A stretch of 63,717 nucleotides of DNA, filler included, from Octopus bimaculoides (GCF_001194135.2; 7 parts of 7 records of this genome joined end to end with filler, not necessarily neighbours in it), one strand, 5' to 3'; positions 1-12,242 are shown, counted from the whole stretch's first letter. The notes: generated from the letters alone by a model not told the origin. A program made the numbers and translations.

Positions 1-101
1 AAATATATATATAAATATATAAATATATATCAGAGTAAGCACATAAAATGTGCAACAGGGTGGAAAAAAGAGTACTCAAATACCAGAGGTAGAGTAATAT
101 G

Positions 102-258
102 CTTTATTTAAAAGCAGCAGAAATATAACAAAAGACTGTTACTTGGAGTTTCACGTTCCCGTTCATCGGACAGTTTTGTTAGAAAACTGTTCGATGAACG
201 GGAACATGAAACTCCGAGTAACAGTCTTTTGCTATATTTCTGCTGCTTTTAAATAAAG
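102..258. mobile_element. Fold-back (tail-to-tail) Penelope-like terminal repeat remnant
   Basis: Arms about 102-177 and 183-258 are near-perfect inverted repeats, each carrying a hammerhead-like motif. The flank at about 31-101 is shared with the copy at 63370-63530. Confidence 0.6.
136..173 (-). ncRNA. Minimal type I hammerhead-ribozyme-like motif (Penelope-type)
   Basis: Minus strand parses as CUGU-CCGAUGA-ACG(GGAA)CGU-GAAA-CU(CCA)AGU-A-ACAG, with stems I, II and III and a GUA site. Core has C instead of U at position 4. Confidence 0.6.
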
Positions 259-736
259 TATATATATATATATATATCAAATGATGAAAGAATGATGTCC
301 TAAAAATGGCACCACAAAATGGTAACCCTGTCCAATTGTCCAGGTATACCTAGTTCAACTGCCAGGGTGATTTGGACGGCTGGCTGTTTGAACAGCAGGG
401 TAGTAGACCAGCTATCATGAAATCCCTGAGCCGTGGTGGAGTAAGGGTTGGGGGGCAATGAATGCAGTAGGGAAGTGAATGAAAGCAGTGGCAAACAAAT
501 AAGAGGTGTTTGGGAGGACAGAAACATATATAGTTCAGCTGACCCCAGATTATATTAATGCTAAAAGGATTTTCAAATCTCCTTTGTAGCAAAAATTCTG
601 TAATTGGTTCACAGTGAGACTAAACAGGTTTTTGTAAACATTATGTATATGAATTCATATATGCAAGTATTGAAAACAACACTGTGTTGAAACTTTAGTA
701 TATATATATATATATATATATATATANNNNNNNNNN

Positions 737-768
<32 letters not shown>

Positions 769-1702
769 TAGCATATGGTTGAAAATTTGTAGATCATCTA
801 AATCAATATCTATGTTCCTTTTGCTTTCCACTATCCATTCCACACATCAACAATATATTTTGTAGAAACAAAAGTGAAAGTATTTTAAGACATTTACCCA
901 GGAATTCTACCATATCTGTTAAATCCACAGACCTCGTTATTATATATTATTTTGATATCATTAAACAGTTGTTACTGTGGTAGAAACAATAATTGCAGTA
1001 CACTAAACATCTTTAAGTATTTAATTCCACTCCTTTGATTCAAAGCTCAAATTTGATGTATGTCAAGGTCAAATGGTTGAATTTGACCCCCACATGTAAA
1101 TTCAAATTTAACTTCTAGGTCAAGGCCAAATATGACTTTCCTAACTATGTTTCACTGAATCTGACTTTCATGTCAGGGTAACATTGAACATTCATATTGA
1201 AATTAAATTTGCCTCATGTTGAGATCAAAATCAATTTTGATATCAAAGTCAATTTTGAGCTTGGTACCAAGATTCAAATTTGACAATTACACTTGAAGGT
1301 AAATAAAATGGAAGTTACAAGCATGAACTGGTATAGATTCAAACAACTATGCATCCATTAGCACAAATTTTCTAGCCATATGCCAATATAATAATATAAA
1401 ATATTTTACATACAGTTCTTCCCTTCCAATTCTGACATGCCAGAGAAGGAAAATATTTTAATTAAAATGGATTTTTTTCTCTTTCAATTTTTTTTTTAAC
1501 TCTTTTCTTCTGCTAAAACTAAGCAAGGCTTGTGGTTGATGATGACCAAAATTAAAGCAAATTTTAGTTCAGGGTGACACAAACCAGGGTAGAGAAAACA
1601 TCAGAAGATTCAGACTAACTTCAAGCAAGACTTAATAACAATGCTGAGTGTAAGTCAGTGTGCGTGAGATTTATATATACCCATATCTATGCGTATGTAT
1701 GT

Positions 1703-1751
<49 letters not shown>

Positions 1752-1919
1752 NNNNNNNNNNTACACACACTTACATAACTATATACATAAATATATATAC
1801 ACAATGTATGTATACATATGTATGTATACATAAGTGCTCATGTTAGTGTGAATATATAAATATATAAAATTACATACATATACACAGTCATGTATATATA
1901 AATAGGCAAAATATGTGTA

Positions 1920-1961
<42 letters not shown>

Positions 1962-2003
1962 TACATATGTATGTATGCATACTTTTTTTATGAATTTGTT
2001 TGA

Positions 2004-2043
<40 letters not shown>

Positions 2044-2154
2044 GGTACACCTCAATTGCAACACAATCCTCAACCATGCACAGATACACACACTCCCTCA
2101 CACATACTCGCCCATCTACAGTCACATACAAAGCAATCACTCAGGCATCACCTT

Positions 2155-2331
2155 TCATGTTTCCATCTCCTGTTTAACATTAATGTCGCTGTCATCGGCC
2201 AAGAGATTCGCAGCTGCCACAGCAGCTTCTTCAGACTGTTTACGCACCAATTCTTCATTTGTTTCTTGACTGGAATACTTGTTGCTGTTTGGTATTGGTT
2301 CCTTCACTCTTTCATACATGTCATAGTATAC
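2155..2331 (-). CDS. TFPT: TFPT-like exon 6, terminal coding exon (VYYDMYERVKE...NVKQEMET*)
   Basis: Acceptor aaataacag, 177 nt ending in TGA at 2155-2157; completes HMG helix 3 (K-Q-V-Y-Y). Confidence 0.88.
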   Translation of the reverse strand, partial: VYYDMYERVKEPIPNSNKYSSQETNEELVRKQSEEAAVAAANLLADDSDINVKQEMET

Positions 2332-2626
2332 CTGTTATTTTGGTTTTTTAATAAGAAGCATAAAAGATTGTCTTTTTAATAAACAAAGTCCAAGAACCAC
2401 AAAACTATGCAAAAGAGAAATACCAATATACACAAAAATTCAAAATTGTATGGATCTTTCTCTAACCCTCATCACCGTTTCAGTTATTCCAGGTCTCATA
2501 GTAAATATTTGTTGTTCCTATTTTTTCCCCTCAGAACTTTCCACTTACATAACCACTCCCACACACAACACCAGCGTTTATGCTCAGAAGTGCAAACTAA
2601 ACATCAGCTACACCAGTCAAACAGTT

Positions 2627-2786
2627 CATCATCATCATCATCGCTTAACGTCCGCTTTCCATGCTAGCATGGGTTGGACGATTTGACTGAGGACTGGTGA
2701 AACCGGATGGCAACACCAGGCTCCAATCTAAATTTGGCAGAGTTTCTACAGCTGGATGCCCTTCCTAACGCCAACCACTCAGAGAG
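2627..2786 (-). mobile_element. RTE LINE 3'UTR fragment
   Basis: Reverse complement of the same 3' terminus and (GAT)n tail. Confidence 0.85.
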
Positions 2787-4964
2787 TTGGCAAAGGAAAA
2801 CATAAGGGAAAAAAAATGTAGTCTTCCCTTATTCCTTCAGTTTATTAATAAAGACAAAGACAACGAGCTGGCAGAAACGTTAGCACGCCGATAAATTGAG
2901 TACCAGTTACACACTGGGGTCGATGTAATTAACTTAATCCCTTTGTCTATCCCATCTGTGTTTAGCTCCTTGTGGGCAATAAAGAAATAAGAAACGTTAG
3001 CACGCCGGGCGAAATGCTTAGCGGTATTTCGTCTGCTGCTACGTTATGAGCTCAAATTTCGCCAAGGTAGACTTTGCCTTTCATCCTTTCGGGGTCGATT
3101 AAATAAGTACCAGTTATGCACTGGGGTTGATATAATTGACTTAATCCATTTGTCTGTCCTTGTTTGTCCCCTCTGTGTNNNNNNNNNNTCGATTAAATAA
3201 GTACCAGTTATGCACTGGGGTTGATATAATTGACTTAATCCATTTGTCTGTCCTTGTTTGTCCCCTCTGTGTGTAGCCCCTTGTGGGCAGTAAAGAAATA
3301 AGCAACGTTAGCACACAAAGCAAAATGCTTATTGGCATTTCATCTGTCTTTATGTTCTGAGTTCAAATTCTACCAAGGTCAACTTTGCCTTTTGTTCTTT
3401 GGGTGGGGTCGATAAAGTAAGTACCCAATTGCATTGAACCCCAGTGGTCAATGCAATCGATTTACCCTTTTACCCCCAAATTGCTGGCCTTGGGCCAAAA
3501 TTTGAAATCAATAAAAAGAAAGACAGTATGAATGTCATACAAAGACTGAAGTTGTTTCTGCTGTAAATGCTGTTATAGAAATGATAATAGTAGTAGGTGG
3601 TTAAGCCTAGGTTGAGCTTGATTCAGCAGAGCTATGATCAAATGCATTCCTGCTGTTATTCTAGCTTTCCCTTTACACAATGCATTGCAAATCACATCAT
3701 ACAAGGTGTCCTTGCTTTAGTTTTCAAAACAGTAAGGAGTGATTTAATGGGGGATTTAGCTGCTATACATAGCAAGTCAGGTAAGCACACAGGAACTCCT
3801 TCCTTGGTGCACATAATATGAAATTTTCACAACTCTGTAAATATCTAATACCTGTGAGGCCTAAAGTGTCGTGAAATGTATACCATTCAAGAGAATATTA
3901 TTAACTGAGAAAAATAAAATAGCTATTAAAACCAGAGGAAAGAGTGGTGTTAAAAAACTTGATTAAGGAGTGCTTATCACTGACACTACAGTACCTCATA
4001 CTGAAAAATGTATTCACTCGATAGGCTGTGTCAGTAAGAAATTCACTTTACAACCACATAATTTCTGGTTCAGTCCCACTGCACAACACCTTGAGCAAGT
4101 ATTTTCTACTACAGCTCTAAATCAACCGATGCCTTGTGACTGCCTCCAGTTGACAGAAACAGCGTGAAAGCCTGTTCTACATGTGTGTGTGTACGTATGT
4201 ACACACACATCATACATATGGGGCCTGGCATCTTTGTGTTCATCCTACAGTGACTGAAAACTGTTCACCACAACAGTTATGTAAAAAGAGAACGATAGAC
4301 TACTATCAGGTTTTTAAAAAGTATTGTAGCTGATTTGCCCAACTAAATTCTTCAGTGCATGGTTGGAGTCCAATGACTGAAACAAGTAAAATGAAAGAAT
4401 ATTTCATACATACAACGTATACTATATCACCTATGACTAAAGTACTTCACGTACAAAATACAGAGTACTTCACACACCCACTGTATTGTATTTTATGTAC
4501 TTCATAGTTAAAAATGACTTGTTAATGAAACAAATAAAACACAGGGGAGATAATTTGAAAATGTAAAAGGTTGCTGGTATACTGTACAGTTTTAAGACAT
4601 TCAATTTGTAACCATGATTCCAGGTTTGATTCCAAAGTGCAACGTCTTCGGCAAAAGTTTACTACCCATAATATTGGTCAATGAAGTCCTAGCGAATGAT
4701 GGAAACTGGTTGATGGAATTTGGCAGATAGAATCTGCAAAATTCTTTTGAGTGTCTACAAATCAACATTGATGTGAAAAAACAAAATGCACATTTAGTTC
4801 CATCTGAGTTATGTCCCTTTATGAGAAGATTGAAACTGTACCAAAGTATTCAGATCGATATTTAATCAACTAAACACCCAGGAATGAATAGACCCAACAT
4901 GGCTGCAAGACCAATGAGATAATGTAGTACAAGAAATATAAATAAAATCAAATTAGAAATTTAC

Positions 4965-5048
4965 CTGTTTCTTCTCTGGCGTCAGATTATGCCAGTTATC
5001 TGTAACTTTTGCGATTAGTACATGATGTGGAATTTCTTCACCAGTCCT
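4965..5048 (-). CDS. TFPT: TFPT-like exon 5 (HMG helix 2/3: RTGEEIPHHVLIAKVTDNWHNLTPEKKQ)
   Basis: Acceptor ctattctacag, donor CAG|GTAAAT, 84 nt, phase 0/0; contains the HMG W..L...K motif. Confidence 0.9.
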
Positions 5049-5200
5049 CTGTAGAATAGCAATTTGGTTAAATTAAAATAAAAAAATAAATAATAAATAA
5101 ATTATTAAGATTATTATTATTGCTCATTATTGTTGGTAGAATAGTTTGAGTCTTAGACTTGCGTTGTAGCATTTGTTCTGGCTCTCACAATGTCACCATC

Positions 5201-5235
<35 letters not shown>

Positions 5236-5246
<11 letters not shown>

Positions 5247-5790
5247 TAATTCGTTTTATTGGCCACAAGGGCTAATATCAATTAAAAACATAAGGACAAA
5301 GACAGGACGAAGGTTACAAAAGGTTTTGTCCGAAAAGGTAGGAAAGTTCGTCTAAACAGAGGAAGAAAACGGAGAAAAGATATGATAAATAAATAGATAA
5401 ATAAATAAGTAGAACTCCCAAAGGGGGAGGCGCTTCGAAAAAGGAAAGGTTACACGTGGAAAAACCCATAAAACCACGGGAGCCTGGTCAGAAAAAATAA
5501 GAAAGGGGTATAGAGCCCTTTCTCCNNNNNNNNNNTTCAACGGATTTGCTATGAGACAGCACTTCCCTCTCTACTCTCATCTTCCTTTTCAAGTGGAACT
5601 TGAAAAAGTTGATGAGGCCTTGGCCAAAGAGGAAAGTGTCTGTCTTTAGCCCTTTCAAACGGGTCCACCATATCACCTCTTTCGCTACAGCCAAATAATA
5701 ATAATAATAATAAGAGCCCTCAGAGAGCACAAGCCTCTGCAAAGGCAACACCAACATCCTCTCAACGATTAGCCAGAGATGATTTTTAAA
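5236..5790 (-). mobile_element. Tx1/L1-like LINE 3' end, interrupted and flanked by (TAA)n
   Basis: LAVAKEVIWWTRLKGL...LINFFKFHLKRKMRVEREVLS resembles the C-terminus of Tx1/L1-clade ORF2. Confidence 0.55.
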
Positions 5791-5794
5791 ATGA

Positions 5795-6075
5795 GAATAT
5801 CTGAAATAAACTTGACTGCTCTCACAAACAAGAATACTAAAAATGAACCTGACCACTCTCAAAAATTTTTTAAAAACAGGAAAAATAATCCAGAATCTTT
5901 GTCCGTTATCAGATCAATCCCAAAATCTAATCAGTTTGTGCCAGTCATGAGACCAAACAACCCTGAAAGTTTCATTCGAATCCATCCAGCAGTTCTTGAG
6001 CTATCTTGTCTATGGACAAACAAACAAGCACGACTAGAAGCAATGCCTCTACCTTTGCTAAGGTGGAGGTAGTAA
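5795..6075 (+). mobile_element. Helentron-associated (HINE/DINE-1-like) non-autonomous element
   Basis: Ends ...gacaaacaaacaagc...ctacctttgctaaggtggaggtagtaa, a terminal stem-loop followed by a TAA/AT target, typical of these elements. Confidence 0.45.
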
Positions 6076-6348
6076 TAAATTGTCTATGTAATCTCAAATT
6101 TTAAAACAAACTTATAATTTTCTTGTTTTCTTAAACATTCTCTAGAACAATACTATGTGCAAAACCAAATATATGACACCCTAGGCATAACACCAACTTG
6201 AACTTTTAACGTGTTGTCTCTTGATGCTCCTGAGTGAGACTTGGAGTCAAAAGTCAAACATAATAACAATAATAATAAAACCCCGTTTTTACTGTAAGAA
6301 ACTCAAATATATCTTAAATGGATTCAGAAGTTAAATTAATAGACCACT

Positions 6349-7080
6349 AAATGAGGATAGCTGCGTGAAAAAGTGTCACACCCTAACAGTTGAGGGAACC
6401 CGTGGAAGAGGTAGGCCCAGGAAGACCTGGGCTGAGGTGGTGAGGCAAGACCTTCGAACATTGGGCCTCACCGAGGCGATGACTACTGACCGAGACCTTT
6501 GGAAATGTGCTGTGCGTGAGAAGACCCGGCAAGCCAAGTGAGATCGTTGCCAGTGCCCCTGGACTAGCTCTTGTGCGGGTGACACATAAGATGTTCCATC
6601 TTGAGCGTGAGCGTTGCCAGTACCGCCTGACTGGCCTTTGTAGGGTTTTCGAGCGAGATCGTTGCCAGTGCCCCTGGACTGGCTCTTGTGCGGGTGGCAC
6701 ATAAAAGACACCATTTCGAGCGTGGCCTTTTCNNNNNNNNNNNNNNNNNNNNNTCCATCTTGAGCGTGAGCGTTGCCAGTACCGCCTGACTGGCCTTTGT
6801 AGGGTTTTCGAGCGAGATCGTTGCCAGTGCCCCTGGACTGGCTCTTGTGCGGGTGGCACATAAAAGACACCATTTCGAGCGTGGCCTTTTCGTGCGGGTG
6901 GCACGTAAAAGCACCCACTACACTCTCTGAGTGATTGGCGTTAGGAAGGGCATCCAGCTGTAGAAACTCTGCCAAATTAGATTGGAGCCTGGTGTTGCCA
7001 TCCGGTTTCACCAGTCCTCAGTCAAATCGTCCAACCCATGCTAGCATGGAAACCGGACGTTAAACGATGATGATGATGAC
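6349..7080 (+). mobile_element. 5'-truncated RTE-clade LINE, antisense in TFPT intron 4
   Basis: About 4 differences from the 14343+ copy over the first ~200 nt (manual count); same 3'UTR and (GAT)n tail. Spans an N gap. Confidence 0.9.
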
Positions 7081-7651
7081 GACTACTACTTGCACTATTA
7101 TTCTCACTGCACGAGTCAATGAGAAAGCCTCTACATGATCAACTGATAAGAAATAACAACCAAATATTACTAAGATATTAAATAGCTATTTTATCACAAA
7201 AAAGAAGGACATCTTACAAAATATAATTGTGTGTGTGTGTATCACTTATATCTTAATGTCTTGTTCTTCCTTCCAAGGTATACAGGTGGAACTTTGCTTG
7301 ACAAGTGCATCCTGTCAATAGTGAGCTGGTTATCATTCCACCATGATATGTATAACCAACCTCCGTTATTTCAATTACAACAACCTACAAGTGAGCTTCC
7401 TCATTCCCACTCCATTTCTTGGAATTCAGGGCACAGCAAATAAACCCAGCCACAAGAAGAGTATCCAGCCAGTAAATCATATCAAAATCATGAGCCACAA
7501 GTGTAAAGATAAATCCTAAAAGTGTATACTGGACTAACACATATCTTGATAGTACTGCAAAACACCAGTGGGTTGGTCAGTCAAGAATATCTCGCTGGCC
7601 ATTTGTGAAAGCCTCTCATCTATCAGCAAACAATAGCACGAGCTCTTTCTT

Positions 7652-7812
7652 TCATCATCATCATCGTTTAACGTTCGCTTTCCATGCTAGCATGGGTTGG
7701 ACGATTTGACTGAGGACTAGTGAACCAGGTGGCTACACCAGGCTCCAATCTGATTTGGCAGAGTTTCTACAGCTGGATGCCCTTCCTAACGCCAACCACT
7801 CCGACAGTGTAG
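7652..7812 (-). mobile_element. RTE LINE 3'UTR fragment
   Basis: Reverse complement of the same 3' terminus. Confidence 0.85.
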
Positions 7813-8197
7813 TTCAGATGCAGAAAACAGCATGTCTACTCTAGTATACAGGGAGGCTATAGATATGATATGAGGAATGAAGATAGACTAAGGCTCTTGG
7901 AATTCTGAGGCACAAAATGTAAAATGGACAGACCTTTTATTTATTTGCAGTATTAAGATACATTACAGTGTCACTTGAAAAGGTGATGGTGNNNNNNNNN
8001 NNNNNNNNNNNNNNNNNNNNNNNNNNNNNNNNNNNNNNNNNNNNNNNNNNNNNNNNNNNNNNNNNNNNNNNNNNNNNNNNNNNNNNNNNNNNNNNNNNNN
8101 NNNNNNNNNNNNNNNNNNNNNNNNNNNNNNNNNNNNNNNNNNNNNNNNNNNNNNNNNNNNNNNNNNNNNNNNNNNNNNNNNNNNNNAGTGGTGGGGA

Positions 8198-8560
8198 TTG
8201 TTGTTGTTGGCACTCCGTCGCTTACAACGTCGAGGGTTCCAGTTGATCCGATCAACGGAACAGCCTGTTCGTGAAATTAATGTGCAAGTGGCTGAGCACT
8301 CCAGACACGTGTACCCTTAACGTAGTTCTCGGGGATATTCAGTGTGACACAGTGTGACAAGGCTGGCCCTTTGAAATACAGGTACAACAGAAACAGGAAG
8401 AAAGAGTGAGAGAAAGTTGTGGTGAAAGAGTACAGCAGGGTTCGCCACCATCCCCTGCTGGAGCCTCGTGGAGCTTTAGGTGTTTTCGCTCAATAAACAT
8501 TCACAACGCCCGGTCTGGGAATCAAGACCGCAGCCCTAACCACTGGGCCATTGCACCTCC
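8198..8560 (-). mobile_element. tRNA-derived SINE family C
   Basis: Same as 11580-11962. Confidence 0.85.
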
Positions 8561-8964
8561 ACGATGGTGGGGATAATGCCCAGCTAATTTGCTTGATGTG
8601 ATTAAAGCAGAAATGTCATAAAAAACAAATATTGCTTAACCCTTTAACATTCAAGATTATTGTCACAAGTAATGCTTATTTATTCACATTGTTTTGAATT
8701 AATCATGCATCATCTTACAGCTTTGAGATTTTCATGACGTGATTGCTTGTTTTTAGAAGGACATTGTAGGGTAGGAGTGAGAGGTTGCATCTGGCTGGCT
8801 TGAACATAAAACTGGTAGAATATTTAGGTTGGATATGGCCGGTTTGAATGCTAAAAGGTTAATTCAAGATGTAAGTCTGACAAGTTTCACAGCCCTAAGA
8901 AATCTCCTATTTGACTGAAAGGGGAAAAAAGAAAGAACAAATCTTTATAAAAAAACATACAAAC

Positions 8965-9249
8965 CTGGAAATACTCATCCTGAACAATATTTTTATGATG
9001 CTCATAGAATGTCAGAAATGCATTTTTCGATGGGTGCTTCTTGCTGCTGTCAGCAACACCATCTTTCTTGTCAGCCTTCATTTTACGCACTTTAGCAAGT
9101 GCTGAGGGCAGTGGACCTTTGCCCGTCGTCTCTAGTAGACTACTGAAACCCAACGACCCTTTAGCAACTCTGGAAGGAGGCTCCTCTTCACATGATTCCG
9201 GTGGACTCTTTACCTTTGTTTGGTTAGCATTGAGGTATATCTGGTCTTC
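8965..9249 (-). CDS. TFPT: TFPT-like exon 4 (linker, basic patch and HMG helix 1)
   Basis: Acceptor ccattacag, donor CAG|GTTTGT, 285 nt open frame (inside provided ORF 8887..9291), ends KKHPSKNAFLTFYEHHKNIVQDEYFQ. Confidence 0.9.
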
Positions 9250-9350
9250 CTGTAATGGAGGAATAAGATAAGAGAAACAATGCCACACCAACAGTGGGAA
9301 AAAAAGGTGCAGAAAGATGACGATGATATATATATATATATATATAGAAA

Positions 9351-9605
9351 AATAATAAATGCGCCCTTTTAAAGCCTAGCCAGGCTCATGGGCCCGGTTT
9401 CCTGGTTTCAATGGCGTATGTGCTCCCCAGCTGGATGGGACGTCAGTAAATCACAGCGTTATTCATTTTTGCCAGCTGAGTGGACTGAAACAACGTGAAA
9501 TGAAGTGTTTTGCTCAAGAACACAATGCATCGCCCGGTCCAGGAATCGAAACCACAATCTTACGATCATGGTGCTGACACCCTAACCACTAAGCCACGCA
9601 CCTCC
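9351..9605 (-). mobile_element. tRNA-derived SINE family D
   Basis: Head ggaggtgcgtggcttagtggttaggg...gtttcgattcct, A/T-rich tail. Confidence 0.75.
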
Positions 9606-9699
9606 ACATATATACATATATATTAGACAAAATGAGATAACAAAGCCAAGGCTGTGAGGAGTTTTCAGGACATTTATAAGTAAAAAAGATATGGATATA

Positions 9700-9747
9700 G
9701 TCTTACAGCTGTTTCTGGGATATTATGGATATCCCTTCATCAGAGAC
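9700..9747 (-). ncRNA. Minimal type I hammerhead-ribozyme-like motif in TFPT intron 3
   Basis: GUCU-CUGAUGA-A-GGGAUAU(CCAUA)AUAUCCC-A-GAAA-C(AGCU)GU-A-AGAC: canonical core, 7-bp stem II, palindromic AGCU loop in stem III, GUA site. Confidence 0.65.
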
Positions 9748-10217
9748 GATGTGAGATGGTTAAATAGAGGTTAATGTTTGAGTAAGAAATAAGGAATTAT
9801 GATGGAAAAGGAGGAGATAGGGAATACAGAGGAAAATAAGAGAATGAAAATAGAAATAAAAATATAAAATATATAAAGATATTGTAGTTGCAGTTCCATT
9901 ATTCAAGGAAAGTGGTGTATAGAAGGGGTAAAAAGTTTCCTATACAATTTATGTAAGTTCCAATAGTAGTTCATGTTTAGTCATTTCAAAGTATGGAGCC
10001 TATATATATATATATATATATATCTTCGAAACGTCTAGTTAGAATAAAGGCAGCTGACGAAGGATTAATTCCAAGTGGCTCTCTGTTTTCCTATGTGTTC
10101 GTTCCGTTGTCTGTAGTTCATTTTTCTAACGTCCTGTACCCTGATATGCATCTATATACACATGTAGATGTAAGTATGTACATATATGTGTGTATACATG
10201 CATACATATTCTTTGTA

Positions 10218-10268
<51 letters not shown>

Positions 10269-10964
10269 TACATATATATGTGTATATTACCGTCATTATT
10301 TAATGTCTATCATCTATGCTAGCATGGGTTGGGCAATTCAGCAAGATCTAAGAAGCCAGAGTATTGTGTCATATTCCAGTATCTCCTTTGGGATGTTTCT
10401 ATGACTGGTTGCCCTTCTTGATGCCAACCACTTTATATTAAAAGAAAAAAAAAAACAACAAAAAATGGAAATACCCATTAGATAATGAATGTTTAGTTAC
10501 ACTATAATGAAACAGTACAATCCTAGGAGACTAATGATGGTCTGTTTCAGTAAATGGTTACACCAATTGTCCAAACGGTGGAGTAAATGTTATGCCATGA
10601 GGAAGAACAGAAGTTTGTTTCGGACAGAATTCTTCGCCAGAAAGTGCAAAGTGTTTACTGGTTTGGTAGGATAAATAAAGTGGAAGAAGTGAGAGAGAAG
10701 AAAATTATTACAACAGGAGGAATGGAGAGGGAGTAAGTTTTGATGGAAAGCAGAGGTTTAGGAGTAGCATCAAAAAGAGAGGAAAAAAAAAAAAAAAAGA
10801 ACACCAGCAGATATGGAGGATATTGAAAAAAGGTAACAACAGGGGAACACTGTACAAACTCACACGCACAAACCTGCACATATATACTCATATATACAAA
10901 TACAAACGTCATCTCCTTCATTGGGACATGAAACTCAGTTTGCGAAGACCTGTTGGGGCAAGCA

Positions 10965-11322
10965 AAAGCGAAATCGTCATGGCACCTGTGCCCAGCGTAG
11001 CCTTCCTGGCACGTGTGAAGGCATTCGAGCGAGATCGTTGCCAGTGCCGCTGGACTGGCTCCTATGCAGGTGGCACGTAAAATACACCATTTTGAGCGTG
11101 GCCGTTGCCAGTACCGCCTGACTGACCTTCGTGGGTGGCACGTAAAAGCACCCACTAGACTACTCTCAAAGTGGTTGACGTTAGGAAGGGCATCCAGCTG
11201 TAGAAACTCTGTCAAATCAGATTGGGGCCTGGTGTAGCCATCTGGTTTCACCAGTCCTCAGTCAAATCGTCCAACCCATGCTAGCATGGAAAGCGGACGT
11301 TAAACGATGATGATGATGATGA
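10965..11322 (+). mobile_element. RTE LINE 3'UTR fragment
   Basis: Ends ...aacccatgctagcatggaaagcggacgttaaacgatgatg like the copies above. Confidence 0.85.
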
Positions 11323-11579
11323 CAAATATACACAATACAGACACGATTGTACAAACACATCATCATCATTGTTTTAATCACTTTTCCTTGCTTCATTCGG
11401 TCAAACAGATTTGAGGCAGATTTCTGACAGCCTTCCTGTTGTCAACTCTTGCTTGTTTCCTAGCAAAGTAATATTTTCCCATGGCCAGACATGCTTTTTG
11501 CAGAATATATTGGAAAGGAATAGCATTTATATGCAATGTCAAGCTAGGGTGACAAGCATAAGCACACTCAAATACACAT

Positions 11580-11962
11580 TTGTTGTTGGCACTCCGTCGC
11601 TTACGACGTCGAGGGTTCCAGTTGATCCAATCAACGGAACAGCCTGCTCGTGAAATTAACATGCAAGTGGCTGCGCACTCCACAGACACGTGTACCCTTA
11701 ACGTAGCTCTCGGGGATATTCAGCGTGACACATTGTGAAAAGGCTGGCCCCTTTGAATTACAGGCACAACAGAAACAGGAAGTAAGAGTGAGAGAAAGTT
11801 GTGGTGAAAGAGTACAGCAGGGTTCGCGACCATCTCCTGCTAGAGCCTCGTGGAGCTTTAGGTGTTTTTCGCTAAATAAACACTCACAACGCCCGGTCTG
11901 GGAATCGAAACCGCAATCCTATGACTGCGAGTCCGCTAACCTAACCACTGGGCCATTGCGCC
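11580..11962 (-). mobile_element. tRNA-derived SINE family C with (CAA)n tail
   Basis: Head ggcgcaatggcccagtggttag...gtttcgattccc; near-identical copy at 8198-8560. Confidence 0.85.
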
Positions 11963-12242
11963 TTTGTATGTGTTTACAATGTATGTGTTTACAATTGTAT
12001 GTGTTTACAATGTATGTAAACACATACATTGTGTTTAAATATAGCAAGAGTTGGTCACAGTTTCAATGCTCTTGATTGAGGCCTGCTCAATCAAGGGTGA
12101 CCAAGGGCTACACAACTCAATAGATTAGAAAGAAAGTGGAAGTTTTATGCTTTGTTTCAGTGGTTACAAGTGCTAGAAGACCAAGTCCTGCTTTTACAGA
12201 AGAAAAATAATGAATGAATACAACCACATCATAGAAACATAC

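Noticed and set aside
6594-6892. Apparent direct repeat of ~140 bp either side of an N gap (similarly 3093-3270)
   Set aside because: Identical sequence flanking a small gap is the signature of unmerged contig overlap.
6376-7011. Long overlapping ORFs (211, 173 and 116 aa), and similar ones at 10655-11251 and 14243-14624
   Set aside because: They are antisense or alternate frames of the RTE 3' end, partly read through N gaps.
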